From: Klebsormidium nitens
Lineage: Eukaryota; Plantae; Klebsormidiophyceae
DNA: 37,241 nt
Reading direction: 5' to 3'
Assembly (NCBI GenBank): GCA_000708835.1
Contig: DF237517.1
Location: 1-37,241, forward strand
Of the stretch, positions 9,826 through 21,689 are shown one piece after another. The first letter of the stretch is position 1, and every line of letters starts with the position of its first letter. Position numbers and translations under genes: made by a program. The notes under the pieces were generated by a model. It did not search any database, was not told where the DNA came from, and saw only the letters and a program-made list of their open reading frames with translations.

Positions 9826-10542
9826 TCACGTCCTTTTACGGAATGCGAATGTGTCATACAGTGCTGAAATAACACTCTCATCTTTGGAATAGTCTTGTGG
9901 AACTGACAAGTATTGAGGGAAGCTACTCCACCGCTTCAGGCTGAGCCCTGCTGCCAAAGCTGGACCTATGATGTCCTCTGGTCGTACCAACATCTCTTTG
10001 CTGGCTCCATTCTCAAAGTAGTACGTGCCGTGCATGTCAAATTCCATAATGTCACCCGCCCGCCGCACGCTGAGGATGCTGTTCCTGTAGCTGCTGCTGT
10101 TGCCCATGAGCTGATCCACCCTATCACCATTCAGGACAGTGCCGATAAAGTATCCACCATGCTTCAATGCACCACTGACTGCACTGAGGAAGTTGGCAAA
10201 CTTCTCTGGATCTTCCATGAGATAGTGAATCGCAAAGTTGCATGTGATGACATTCCACCGTTCCTGTCTTGCATATCGTTCTAGCCGATTGCATACGTCC
10301 GCTATGACGAAACGGTAGGCTGTCTTGCATGTCTTGTTCCGCCTTCGCGCTTCTAGGATGGCCTCCTCACTGGCATCCAGGCCCATCGCATCATGAATGC
10401 CAAACCGCTGCCACTTGTGCAAATCTGAACCTGGCCCACATGCCAGGTCAAGGAGGGAGGTGCTGGGAGCGTCCCCGCCTTGAAGAGCTTCGCTCAACGC
10501 CTTGGTCTTAACCATATTGTGATACCGTCTAAGACTCTCCAT
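9826..10542 (-). CDS. Stand-alone mRNA cap guanine-N7 methyltransferase, virus-like
   Basis: Intronless 238 aa with LRRYHNMVK, LLDLACGPGSDLHKW (SAM motif), CNFAIHY and GGYFIGT. Confidence 0.85.
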   Translation of the reverse strand: MESLRRYHNMVKTKALSEALQGGDAPSTSLLDLACGPGSDLHKWQRFGIHDAMGLDASEEAILEARRRNKTCKTAYRFVIADVCNRLERYARQERWNVITCNFAIHYLMEDPEKFANFLSAVSGALKHGGYFIGTVLNGDRVDQLMGNSSSYRNSILSVRRAGDIMEFDMHGTYYFENGASKEMLVRPEDIIGPALAAGLSLKRWSSFPQYLSVPQDYSKDESVISALYDTFAFRKRT

Positions 10543-10649
10543 AACGATACTTCAATGCATGTGAAACTGGCCCTAAGCTTCTGATTGCAGGCTTGTGTGA
10601 GCAAGACATGCGTGTTGCCGGCTCACCAAGCTTCTGTGCAATGTTCAGA

Positions 10650-11459
10650 ATGGAGTCGACGTTGGTCCAGCTTCTCCACACGCACTCTTCGATTGATGTC
10701 AAAACCCTCTGTTCGTTGGCGTGCGTCTCAAAGGGCTTCAAGCAGGCCGTTGATGACAGCTGGGACTTGGCACGGGAGGCAGCCAGGCGTCGCGCAGCCA
10801 CACAATCAAGAGAGCTCCCACAACGGTGGGGGCGCAAATACGCCTGGGACTCGGATTATGATGCTCAGTACGACGCGAGAGGCCGCCTCTGTTTGCAATT
10901 TGTTTTCTCGGGTGTCTGGGGTGGCTCGGAGAGCGCAGCAATGCGACCTGACATGGCACGACGCGACTTCCTTGTTGAAATTATGAACCTCAAACCGCTG
11001 CAAAGGTACCGGATTGTGAGGCTCATCCACTACAGTTTCGATGTCGTGGCGGCAGGTATTCTCAAATTTGGCTCGCCCGCCGCCTATCTTGCGGCTCTGT
11101 TGGAGAAGCTGCAAAAGAGGATCAACAAGGCAAATAAGAAGCAGGTAAGAATGGAAGCAATGGAAGCGATGCTGCGAACAACGTTCAACAATGGAGACAG
11201 GCCGGACGCAGCTTCGCTGGCCCGATACGCCTGTGAGTACGTTCAAATTGGTCGGGGAGGAGTCCGTGGGGTCCAAGCGAAATGCATACGGCACCAGACA
11301 TTTCCCCTCTTGATTCCCTCTGTGTCGCCCCTGGAACTCGAGCACGTACGGTGCTTTCGCGTGAGATATGCGATGGACTGTGATGCTGAGATGCTGTCAG
11401 CAGCAATCAACACAATCCGTTTGACCAGGCTGTCCTTGCTGCAGAGTGGGCGATGCTGA
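10650..11459 (+). CDS. F-box-like protein
   Basis: N-terminal IDVKTLCSLACVSKGFKQAVDDSW resembles the second half of an F-box. Intronless and divergent from the cap MTase. Confidence 0.5.
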   Translation: MESTLVQLLHTHSSIDVKTLCSLACVSKGFKQAVDDSWDLAREAARRRAATQSRELPQRWGRKYAWDSDYDAQYDARGRLCLQFVFSGVWGGSESAAMRPDMARRDFLVEIMNLKPLQRYRIVRLIHYSFDVVAAGILKFGSPAAYLAALLEKLQKRINKANKKQVRMEAMEAMLRTTFNNGDRPDAASLARYACEYVQIGRGGVRGVQAKCIRHQTFPLLIPSVSPLELEHVRCFRVRYAMDCDAEMLSAAINTIRLTRLSLLQSGRC

Positions 11460-11472
11460 GAGAAAATCCTGC

Positions 11473-11862
11473 ATGATACAAAAACGAATGAACCGCTCCC
11501 AAATTTTCCAATTAATTGCGGACACAATGAAAATGATGGCTCGCAGCACTTGCCGTCTCAGCCTGCACATTGTGGCTCGGACTCCAGGCGCACAAGATTG
11601 GAGCAGCTTCGAGATCGAGCGACTCGATGGGGAGAACATATTCTACATCTCCGACGAAGATGCCGGTGTCGGTATAGCACAGGATAACGCGACTTCTATC
11701 CGAGAACTGCTCGCGCACCTTGTTCCTCCTACGAAAGTGATTGAATTCGTAGGATTGATCGGCACTTACACGCCACCGCAAGACGATGTACCAACTTTGA
11801 TTTTATATAGTTTGAGAGCTGCACCGGCCATTTCGTTGCATTCGCCACGACACCTCCGCTAA
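11473..11862 (+). CDS. Hypothetical protein in a compact block
   Basis: Starts 13 nt after the F-box gene stop. Its stop overlaps that of the convergent ORF. Confidence 0.4.
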   Translation: MIQKRMNRSQIFQLIADTMKMMARSTCRLSLHIVARTPGAQDWSSFEIERLDGENIFYISDEDAGVGIAQDNATSIRELLAHLVPPTKVIEFVGLIGTYTPPQDDVPTLILYSLRAAPAISLHSPRHLR

Positions 11863-12077
11863 AGATCTTGAAACTCGTACCGATCCTTCGGAAAAGCACG
11901 GGATCCACGAGTAGTTTCTACTAGTAGAACGTAGTAGACAAGAGGTGGTCGGCATGTCTTAGTTGCTTCCAACTTCAAGCTCCGATACAAGGTGGAACCG
12001 ATTCTGGCGCCTGCTTGAAGAGGGCGACCGCTTTGACTATTGATTTGGAGCCGGCTGCTCCGAATTTTGTCGGTCAT
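11859..12077 (-). CDS. Small hypothetical protein
   Basis: ATG at 12077, and the stop overlaps the convergent ORF by 4 nt. Confidence 0.3.
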   Translation of the reverse strand: MTDKIRSSRLQINSQSGRPLQAGARIGSTLYRSLKLEATKTCRPPLVYYVLLVETTRGSRAFPKDRYEFQDL

Positions 12078-12353
12078 GTCCACTACACACAGGGCCGGGG
12101 AAATTGCGCAGCCGTAAATATGTGAATGTGCAAATAAGAGAATATAATGCGGCTAGACTGAAAGTTGTGCGGCCGCGAGGGAAATTTAAGTGAGAGAAGC
12201 GCATTTACACTGTAAGTCTTGTACCTAAGAAAGATAAGGAAGTTGCGTACTTTTCGTACCAAAAGTGTACAGTTATTGAGTCTGTAGTTTGTTATTTGAC
12301 GTCGCAGCTCCCTTTCTTTTTTTACATTTTACTTTTCCTTGTGTTGTCGACCA

Positions 12354-12427
12354 TGTTCTTTTGCCCTAGCGGTTAGAGCGTCAGGATCTAGACCTGGAGG
12401 TCCCAGGTTCGAATCTCGGATCTGGCC
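12354..12427 (+). tRNA. Degenerate tRNA-like element (pseudo-tRNA or SINE head) with apparent CUA anticodon
   Basis: D arm GCCC-TAGCGGTTA-GAGC, anticodon arm TCAGG-ATCTAGA-CCTGG, variable AGGTC, T arm CCAGG-TTCGAAT-CTCGG, then ATCTGGC-C-TTTT. The 5' acceptor strand does not pair. Confidence 0.55.
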
Positions 12428-13071
12428 TTTTCCACCGGCGCAAAGGCTGGTACGGTACGTACCGGTAGTAAGAGGTAGGTACCGGGAACCATTTCACTCT
12501 ATAACGATATCTTGGCGCAGTCTGCAAAATTCTCTCGACTGAGTTGTGGATCTCCTAAGAAGTAACGCCAGTCTGCACCTCCAGTCTATCGTGCATATAC
12601 TACATATATATATAAAGCGTTACCTCCGGGAGGGGGGGGTTGGGACACTACACAACATATATAACGTAGAACATTTTACAACTACCACCAAAAGCTGCTT
12701 GTACGCGAAACGACCGGATTGCCGGCGTCATGACGTATCGTATATTACTACCACAACAATTTTTTGCTATCGGTTGTGTGTGTTGCATAAGTAGCTTTTC
12801 ATGTTTCCAATTGCGGGAAGCAGGGGCTCACAACCGAATAGCCTGCCTTTCTTCCGTATGCGATTATGGACAACGCCAGATGGGCTTGTGTCTGGGACTG
12901 GGATGATGTATCAATCTGGTCATGCGCACATAGCAGCCGCACACAGAGTCCCGTTTCGTATCACACAATGCTGCGTGTGGGTCGGATCCTTTGTCGTTCC
13001 ATCCTTGTGTGCCTTTCTTCCCGTCCTTTATATCAAGACCAACGAGACCTGGTATCCTTGCTGGTGTGCAG

Positions 13072-13993
13072 CCCCTGCCCGGCGTGCTCTGCTGTTGACC
13101 CTGAACGCCAACCTGGGCATCGTTCTCCCCCTCCTCTACCACCTGGCCTCCCAGCACTGCGGGGCAGCCATGGCGGCGCAGCAGGCGGCAACAGCAGGCG
13201 CGGCCCCATGCCGCCGTGGTCACCGCCGCCCTGGCCGCAGCTGATGCCTACTTGAAGTGGGCACCTGTGCCGAACCTGGAGTCGAGTCGCCTGATCGAAG
13301 CCGCGGGGGCGCTGCTGCAGGCCAGCGAGTTTCGTCATGGGGCGGCGGACTTGCTCAAGCATGTCGCAGCAAGGTGGGACCACACCACTGGCTAGTTCAA
13401 GGTGCCTGCAGACTAACTGTGCACAACAACTGAATGTTGGAAGGGGCAAGCGCCTCGATAGTACAGTACTGGAGCACCATATCAGGTCTTTTGCGCTTTT
13501 GCAGATTGTATTTGCGTCTCCTCTAAAGTCGGAGTTTCTTTCAGAGGCCCAAGCCCAGAACTGGCATGGACAAAACCTAACAACCACCATCCACTCTCTT
13601 GAGGCCCATGACGTTTCCGCTCCTGCTTCCAATGGGCGAGTTTGACATGTGTCTACATCTCAATCACTGCTAATCTACAGTATTCTTTCCATAGTCTTTC
13701 TAAACTCCCTTTCCAAGAACTCTGAGCCTAGTAGACTGACGCATCCCCCCTCCTCTCTACCCGTGGCGCAGGCGGCGCCCTACTGACGAGAGCCAGGAGC
13801 AGCACGATGGGCCACGTGGCAGCCCTGGTGGCGGCCGCCCGGGAAGCACTTGCCGTGGCCCACAGCCGCTCCGCCTAGGATGAGGACCGCCAGTTTGCGG
13901 AGAAGGTCGCAGAGGGGCTGGCAGCCCTAGGCAACATGAACGGGGCCGCGCTGGCAGGGCAGGGAGAGGAGGCCGCAATTACCAACCTCACAG
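13072..13993 (+). pseudogene. HST: Two-exon fragment of an exportin-5/HASTY-like gene (13072-13373, 13772-13993)
   Basis: LGIVLPLLYHLASQHCGAAM...HAAVVTAALAAADAYLKWAPVPNL...LLQASEFRHGA then |RRPTD...FAEKVAEGLAALG parallels plant HASTY from recall. Frameshifts near 13205 and 13800, in-frame TAG at 13876, canonical splice sites. Confidence 0.75.
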
Positions 13994-15256
13994 GTAGGCC
14001 CGCGAGGCTGCAAACCTTGTTGAGAGCAAGGAACGAAGATGACGAGCAAAAGGAGTCTCACTAGGAGCTGTCGTAAGTGCAGGGAGCCAGTTCGAAGCCA
14101 TCGGGGTCATGTAATTGGCTCCGAACTGGGGCAGGTGTGTGTTGCGTTTTGACTGGATGTTCCAGGGTTGCTGGATGGCTGACAAGGACGAGTATGTGGC
14201 TGGTGCCTTTGAGTTACGACAGGATATTGACAGTTGCTGAAGTGTATCACCCTTCCGCCTGCAGATCGAGGGAAGCAGATCCAAGAGCAGACGAATGCTC
14301 CAAGATCAGCACAGAGTCCTAGCGAAATAGACAAACAGGGCGGCCTGATACAGCACAAATGACAGCCCTCGACTTTATCCGGTCCGTCCACCAATTATAG
14401 AGTACTTGAGATTAAGAGGCATTGACGACATGAGAACCGAGTTGAGGGCTGCTATGTGGGGACTACATGCGATCAATGTCGAAAAGCTCACAAGGTGAAT
14501 CAGTACATCAAGGTGCCTGGCAGTTCTGCGAAATCGGTGGCTGAGTTTGGGCTTTCGAGCCGAATGACATAAACCAACTTCGAAAGCAGAGCCTTGCTCT
14601 TGTAACCTGCACTAAGTGCAAGAGCCATCACATACTTGGCGCGAAGTGATTCCGTCGCGCGCCCTCACATTTTGATCCCTACCTCCTCTCTGCTGATTAC
14701 GGATGCCGAGCAGTTGGATTCGTTGTGTGCATGCCTTCAGATGCAAAACCGATGTATCTTGGCATGTTGCAACCATATGCACATGGGCAATATATGAAGT
14801 CGCTTGTTGACAGTTGCAGCATCATGCTTGCAAGCCTTTGTTGAACAATGAACATGTGGTCATGTTGCATGTTCCAAGTTGAGGATGCTTTCCTTTGAAT
14901 TATATTTGTACTTCCCACTTCACATGCAAGCATGGCACTGATTTGCGTCGCTTGCAACTATGTTTAATTAGCTGACGAGCCAGTATTGTATGCCGCGGTC
15001 TCCTCGGCCCATGGTACTTGTGTGGCCAAGGGCGTATATTGAGAAGATAGAATCAGCCACCGGTTAATTGTGTAACAACTGAAGCGTCCAAGGTATGCAT
15101 GGAACACATGATCCTTATCATAGTATATTGCACCCACCAACTTCACTCGGGCATCATCACCATGACATACAGAGACTCATCCAAAATGTTTGTTGCCACC
15201 GAATTCTAATTATGGTATTGATGGAAACATGACCTTCGGTCTGTGTTTATTCTGGA

Positions 15257-15480
15257 AGGTTGTCTGACATTGGCAAAACCGCTTTGGGTAAGCTGGGAGC
15301 GTCACTACCTGGCTCAGGAATTTTTAATTCTAAAAGGTTGTCAGACATTAGCAGAGCTACTCTAGGTAAGCTGGGAGCGTTACTACCTGGCTCATGGCAG
15401 TTAATATTCTGAGAGATTGTCGGACGTTGACAAAGCTGCTCTGGGAAAGCTGGCAGCATCGCTACCTGGCTCAGGCAACT
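15257..15480 (-). repeat. Three 78/79-nt tandem repeats encoding PEPGSDAPSLPRAALxxSDNL at the Crinkler-like gene 3' end
   Basis: CTACCTGGCTCA at 15305, 15383 and 15462. Confidence 0.9.
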
Positions 15481-18400
15481 TCAACCGGATAGCCCATTGC
15501 TCTATGCTTTCGAGCTCAACAGGGACCTTGTCCTCCGGAAGAACGCCTTTTTTCACGACTATCTCCTTCAAACCCGTCTTGCCCACTCTTTCGGCTGCCT
15601 TCTCACCAGTCCAAGACTGCCAGCCATACTCCTCGAATCTTTCTTCTGGCACTGCATGTACGACTCGCACTTTCTTCTGGCTTCCACTTATTCGCTGCAG
15701 AAGTTTCAGAATCCCGCCCGCGCCAATCCCATGGTTGACATTCCGGGTGAACTGGATTGCATTTACCCAATCATCACCCGAGCAGATTAACGAGTCCCAC
15801 GACTCCTGGATTCTTGTGATTGGCATAACGTACGACTCCGTCAGCATCGCCAAATTGCTCATTTTGCTGGGGTTGTCCCAAACCAGGATCTTGGTGCCCC
15901 GGAACGCATTCTGAATCTCCATGATCACTTGCCTCTGCTCCGGTGTCGGTTCCTTCACTGCTTTCTGCGCTGGCGGCCGACCGGGCGCCTTCCTGAAGAC
16001 CTGCCTAATATCATCGCTACTCAGCTCGATGCCCTGTAGACATACTGCGTGCCCGAAGGATTCCAGGGCATCCCCTGACATCTTGCCTACTTCCTTCTCG
16101 CTGGCAGCGGCATGCAACAGGTCCACCAGGTCCCGCCACCGACCCCGCTGAGCTCTTGCAAAGACAAGCGCCTTGATAGCTTGCGAACCAAGGACGTACC
16201 CCACTCTGCGAAGATCTTCTGTTACCTGCACACACAGATTGCAAAGGTGGTCAGGTGGGATTAATCGTGTGCAAGTGAGTGCACACCGTCAAATCTGCCT
16301 TCAAACCTGCTTCAATAGAGGAGCACAGGCCCGACTGCAGGGACCAATTGTGTCGCCAGTCTTGCAATGCATAAGCTTGCAATCCAAATAAGGGTCGGCG
16401 TCGACCGAAAAGTGATGGACGTCTCAGGCGATCGAAACCGATCACGTGGAACCTACGTGGCGTACTGAGGAGCGGCTCGCCCAGTCTATTAAAAGCCAGA
16501 CTCGGGCCTGACCGAGGCTGGGGACTTGAAACTTTCAGACCCGGAAGATCGATCAGTAGTGACTGACGCAAGCTGATCAGCATGGGAATGATCAGCTCAT
16601 CAGCATCTACGCATCCAACTCGTCGCGCATGAGTGCTGAATGTTTACATGGCTGGTAAACTTACAACGTATTGCTACCGTACTTAGGGCATTCCGTTGTT
16701 TTGCTGTACTAGTATTTGAGATAACACCAGCTTGCCAGCTTCTTGAACAGCTGAACCCTAATTATGATGGCCGGGCTTGAGACGAACATCAGAACGTGCT
16801 CTGTGAATGTATCAACGAGCAGCTTTTCAGCTCATTGATCATCTTTGGGACTCACTGTATTTATCTTGTCATGGTTCTTCTCACGTTCAGGTACAATCAG
16901 AAGTTCCTCAAAGTTGGTGAAGAATCTAAAACATCTGGACATTGTTGCGGATGAGGGTCCCATTAGCTGCTTGCAAGCAATTCTGACGTTCAAAACGCAT
17001 CCTATGCGTTGGTCAAGACGTCAAATATCATGTTTCAGATGCTCTTTCATCAAGATGCTTCAATTCTCGATCACACAAACGCCCCCCATTTCTGGATGGA
17101 CTGTTTTGCCCCTCAAAGCAACAAAACGGGGGGCTCGTGTTCTCCATTCAAATGAAACCAATTACCAATCTGACTCCTCAAGCCTTTCAAAAACACAAAA
17201 TGGCACTCTGCATAAAGGTCTGTGCCTTCCCATCTGCCAGCCATTGTAAGCTAAACTTCAGCGACAAAGATGGTGCATTCCAGCATTCCACCATTTGAAA
17301 ACGGGTTTCATGCCGGGTTATGGAGGATAATCAGTATCTGTAACCAAGGGTTTCGATTCTTGGTCTCTGATTGGTCCACGCTGGACAAGAGAATCGGGAA
17401 TGCAGGCTCAGCCTTTTCGGTCGACGCCGACCCTCAAGGCACGAGAACAACAAAGACCAAGCAGAATACTGAGAGGTTGGGTATCATTCTAATCCATGAT
17501 TTTGTCCTATCAAGACGAGCTGTCTCACCGCAATATGTGCGAAAATGTGCCGCACTTCACTCTCCAGCGATTGAAGGCTCAGGTGGTACAAGTCCATAGC
17601 CTGATCAGCCGAAAGGGTCTCCGCAACGTCCTCAAAAGGAAGGTCAGGGTCCGCCAGGACGTTCCTGATCAGCCCGCCAAACTGCAGGACGCGGGTCTCC
17701 ATCAGCTCTTCCGACACCTCAGGGTAGAGGCGCCGCCGACAGTCCTCCAACTCGGACAGCGACCACGTGGGAAGCCACCAGAGCCGGCATCTCCTGAACC
17801 ACAATTCAAATTATCAGCAGGTCCCAAAGTGCCTGCTGTGGGAAGAGCTAAGGGTCAGAGGGGGTGCAAAAGCCAGACCTGCCTGTCTACGCTCGATGAA
17901 ACAAGACAAAGGCGCAGGTGTTAATCAGCAGCAGGCCAATGTAACCTCTGGTAAACGGTAACCCACAAAGGAGAGAGGGTTGCAAGCGAACGCCTGAAGG
18001 AGGGGAAGCTGATTAGCAGCCTTCCAGGACGTGCTGCGAGGTGCTGTAACGTCAGTGGCTTGCAGCCAGGATTCCGTCAACCTGTTTACTTTTGTAAGGC
18101 TGCAGACCAGCAAAAGCACAAGGAGCGAGCGACACTTAGCAAAAGCTAGCGGATCTGTTGCAAACGGAGTTGCGAGCCCAGGCAAGAACCCAGACCCTGG
18201 CACACATCAAGGTCCTAATTCCTCCCCTCCATGAACAACTCGCTTTGCAACGTCTAGTAACATTGTTCCACACATCACTTACTTTCCTTTCCGAAACTCC
18301 TTGTAGTTGTCTGCATTGGGCGAGCAAAGTACCACATAGCGACCATAACCCCGGAACTGCCCCTGGGGCGCTCGTCCGTCCTCCACTTCCCAAACGGTAG

Positions 18401-19349
18401 GCTGCTCAGAAAGATCTGCACAACAAGAGAGGACAACCGTTGCTGATAGGCATAAGAGCAATGCTGTCATTTACAGCATCAATAGTTCAGGCCCAGAGAG
18501 AGTGCGCTTTGCCATGTAATTACACCGTCACCTGACTTCACGGAAAACACATGTTCGCGTTGAGCATCCACCATCGTGGAACCTTTGCAGCTCTTTGAAC
18601 CTGGAAGCAAACTGCCCTTTGCTGCATAACAAGGGTTTCACGGTTGCATCATCATGTTTCAGACTTTTGCTTACATATGAGTGATGGCCAATCAACAGAG
18701 CCTTCAAAGGCCCTTTTGACGTTAATCGCCGATGGATCCGAGAAATCGAAGAAGACGATAACATTCCCTGCAGTGTTGTCTTTGTACCTGCAAAGGCAAA
18801 CTAAGAGTGTTGGCACATAACAAGTAGGCATTATATTTCCTGTTGCAGAAGGCCTGCTTAGCAAGTTGCTCAGCAACACACGCTACAAGTCAAAGCGGGC
18901 AACTACTGAGTCAGCCGAGAACGGTGTGCGCACACCTGTACGACACTTGAGCCCCCCGCTTTGCCAAGTGGTGCAGTAGAAGGATGGCGAAAGCAGACTT
19001 CCCAATGCCCGGGGAGCCACTGAGCACGACAGCAAAGTTGTCCGAGAGAGCATCGATTTTCTCCAGCAGCACGAGGTAGCATGGCCGGATAACGATGCTG
19101 TCCCTCAGGCTTGGAGGTACTGCCGGCGGAAGATTGGGGGGGACCTCGATGACTCCGCTGGCGGTGTCCGCATTTGCAATGTAGTTGGCATAACTTTGGA
19201 GCGCTGGACACACAGCAGATTTTCATTGTGGTGGCGACTAACCAATGGCAGAATCAGACACTTTTGCACCAATGCAAGAACCACTACAACAGACAATTAG
19301 CACCTGAAGCACGAGTCAAGAAAGCTGACAACACCAGCTTCATAGCGTC
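15401..19349 (-). CDS. Crinkler/RHS-type P-loop NTPase plus restriction-endonuclease-fold protein; exons 19349-19304, 19203-18936, 18787-18675, 18415-18283, 17793-17529, 16225-15401; N-terminus unresolved
   Basis: All GT-AG junctions are phase-compatible. Walker A LSGSPGIGKS, then VEDG, VLCSPNADNYKEFRK, LPTWSLSEL, FGGLIRNVL, GDALESFGH, and REase-like YVMP...WDS...IQFT...H...VVHAVP. Confidence 0.75.
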
Positions 19350-21313
19350 CTGAAGCTAAGAAAGCTATGAAGGTCACATCAACGGTAGTCTGACCAAAGC
19401 CGCCCACCTTGGAGGCCCTTTGCAACTTGCTGTTGCATGTCTGATCTACCATCATCTGGAGGCTTAGACGAAAGGCTTGAAGCTGCATATACAGAGGATT
19501 TGCAATCAAATTTGGTTGGTTCCGGAAGAACAATTGCACATGACAGCTGGAGCTACTTCTGCTGGCAAAAACTGCTTGGGGATTGGGCACAGGAGCAGCA
19601 GGAGACTGGAACACGAGAGCCCAGCATTAGCAGCGCAGCTTCAAGGCCAAGCTTTTAAGGTGCACAACACAATATGGTGATGTGTCTCTCACCTTGCATC
19701 CTCACCGTCATGAGACCCTGGCGCGGTGACCTCACCAACCCAGGCTTGTTCAAGAGCAGTCTGTTTACCGAGGTTCTGGACAGCCCTGTAGCAGATGAAC
19801 ACGGCATGAGTCAACCGCAATTTCTAGATGACACACTCAGGAAGGGATTTTTAGAGACAACAGCACATGCATTTTGCTTCAACACCTGCATGCGTCCAAA
19901 TTTCAAAAGGTGGTTCTGGACGGAGTTGATGGCATTGCCACAGCCCTGGTCACCTCATTCTGAGCGCTGTCCACTGCACCTGCGCATGGGCTCATCGAAC
20001 CAGCACACAACTCAGGCATGACCATAATGCTGCCGCTACTTTTACAGCTGCTCAGCCCAGACAGGCATAGCAATGATTGCTGACCTGGACGATGCTTCTC
20101 TGCGTATCCTTTTACTTCCAAGCTCAGTATCTTCTAAACATTGTGGGTCCCACTCTCTGCCGGGCTTGTTTCTCCAAATCTATCAATCGTCATCCTTGCT
20201 AAGAGACCTCTGATTCTAAGGAGGTCTCCTGGTGTACATGAAGAAAATATCGAGACGATGAAGCCAATTTCTTCCGCCAAGCGTAAAATGAGATAAGGCT
20301 CCTTCAGCCCTCTTTGAGCTGAGTATCAGATGTGTGTCCGAATTGTCACCGCTCAGAAGATGGCAACTTAGCAGAAGCTGACCGTCCGCATAACAATGCA
20401 GTCAACCGCTTGTGCACCTTCTCGATGGCTCTTCCCTTTCTTTTGCATCTACCACTTTACTCAACTTAAAACAAGTAGGTTTGTATTACCATCCTATTCC
20501 TAGTCTCCCTTGCTCCATCAAAGTGACCCAGCATGAAGAAAAGCCCTTGACAAATGACAGCACTTCCTACGCTCCGTTACTTAATCACGTAAACCAGCAA
20601 ATTCTGCTGCTACCAATCATCCTGAAATTCAAAATGAAGCTCATTGCCCACTCCTGTGGAAGCACCAAGAGGCAATCTGCAGTCTCTGCGCCTCACAATA
20701 CTTGCACTTCCGAAAGCAGCTTTCCACGCTCCCAAATCCCCCCAAAGATCTCCTGATTAGCTGGTTGAATTGAGCAGACACTTCAACAAAAGAGACATAG
20801 CCTTTCCAAGAAACAGACCCAGCTTCCTCTGGCTACTATGATCTTTCCGAAATTCACAGAACATAGTCCTCCCAGCCCAAGCGTTCATGGCACTAATATC
20901 AGAACAAATCCTACATCCAAGATGAGGGTGCAACTGCCACGCCCTCTGCGGAGCTTCCTCTGGTCAGCGGCTTAGGCAGACCAAAGAGTAACACTCTGGG
21001 GTCAACACCTGATGGAAAGGGACAATACCAGAAGAGCAGCAACTAGCAGGTCTTTCAAGAGTGGAGCTCACCAGCAGGGCCTTGACCTTCTCTCCTGACA
21101 TTAGTTGTGAGCTGCCCGGGCAGGTCTCTTGCTGAGACTTGTTTGCTGGGCCCAAAGGTCCGCCTCTCCTCCAAACCCTTTGCCGGGGCCCACGTGGGAC
21201 GAGCTGCAGTTGTCATAGCCCTACGTAAACGCTTGAGTCCCTGCTTTGGGTTTTGATCTAGGTGCTGGTGCTTCTGTTTTATGACAGGAACTCTTCAAGT
21301 CCGTGCGATGAGG

Positions 21314-21659
21314 ACCCTTCTTCATTGATGCTTCTTCCTGTCGCTCAAGTCCTCCTTTGAATGCCTAGGTATTTACTAATATTCACTGCAAAGGAAGTAA
21401 CTTTGTTATTGGACTGAAGTTTGAACGGAGAGCACAAAGCTTGCGACTTTCAAGGCGCAAGCGCCACAGCAACGGGCGGAGCAGGAGAGGCGAACTTCTT
21501 CAGTGAAGGGCAGCACCTTCATTGCAAACCCTAAATTTGAGATAATCTTAAAAACCTGATGGTACCGTAGTTGTGCCCTCAGTTCCGACACTTCTAGTTA
21601 ATACTGTAAATACCTAGGCATAAGGACTTGAGCGACAGGAGGAAGCAGGGAAGAAGGGT
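21314..21659. mobile_element. MITE-like element with about 60-nt imperfect inverted repeats
   Basis: 21336-21353 and 21623-21640 are an exact 18-nt inverted pair, and 21361-21376 and 21606-21621 are an exact 16-nt inverted pair. No target-site duplication seen. Confidence 0.55.
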
Positions 21660-21689
21660 GCCCCAACTATCCAGATCCGGCATAAAACC

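Noticed and set aside
12354-12427. Functional amber suppressor tRNA
   Set aside because: The acceptor stem cannot pair and position 32 is a purine. Kept only as a tRNA-like element.
14360-14650. Broken Zn-ribbon remnant (CDQC...CTKC in different frames)
   Set aside because: Too fragmentary to assign to a family.
16443-16494. Two ACGTGG boxes plus TATTAAAA as a stress-responsive promoter inside the Crinkler intron
   Set aside because: Only a 16-codon ORF follows, and such short motifs arise by chance.
19350-21300. Full exon model for the Crinkler N-terminus
   Set aside because: Several candidate exons exist, but no unique phase-consistent path could be supported by eye.
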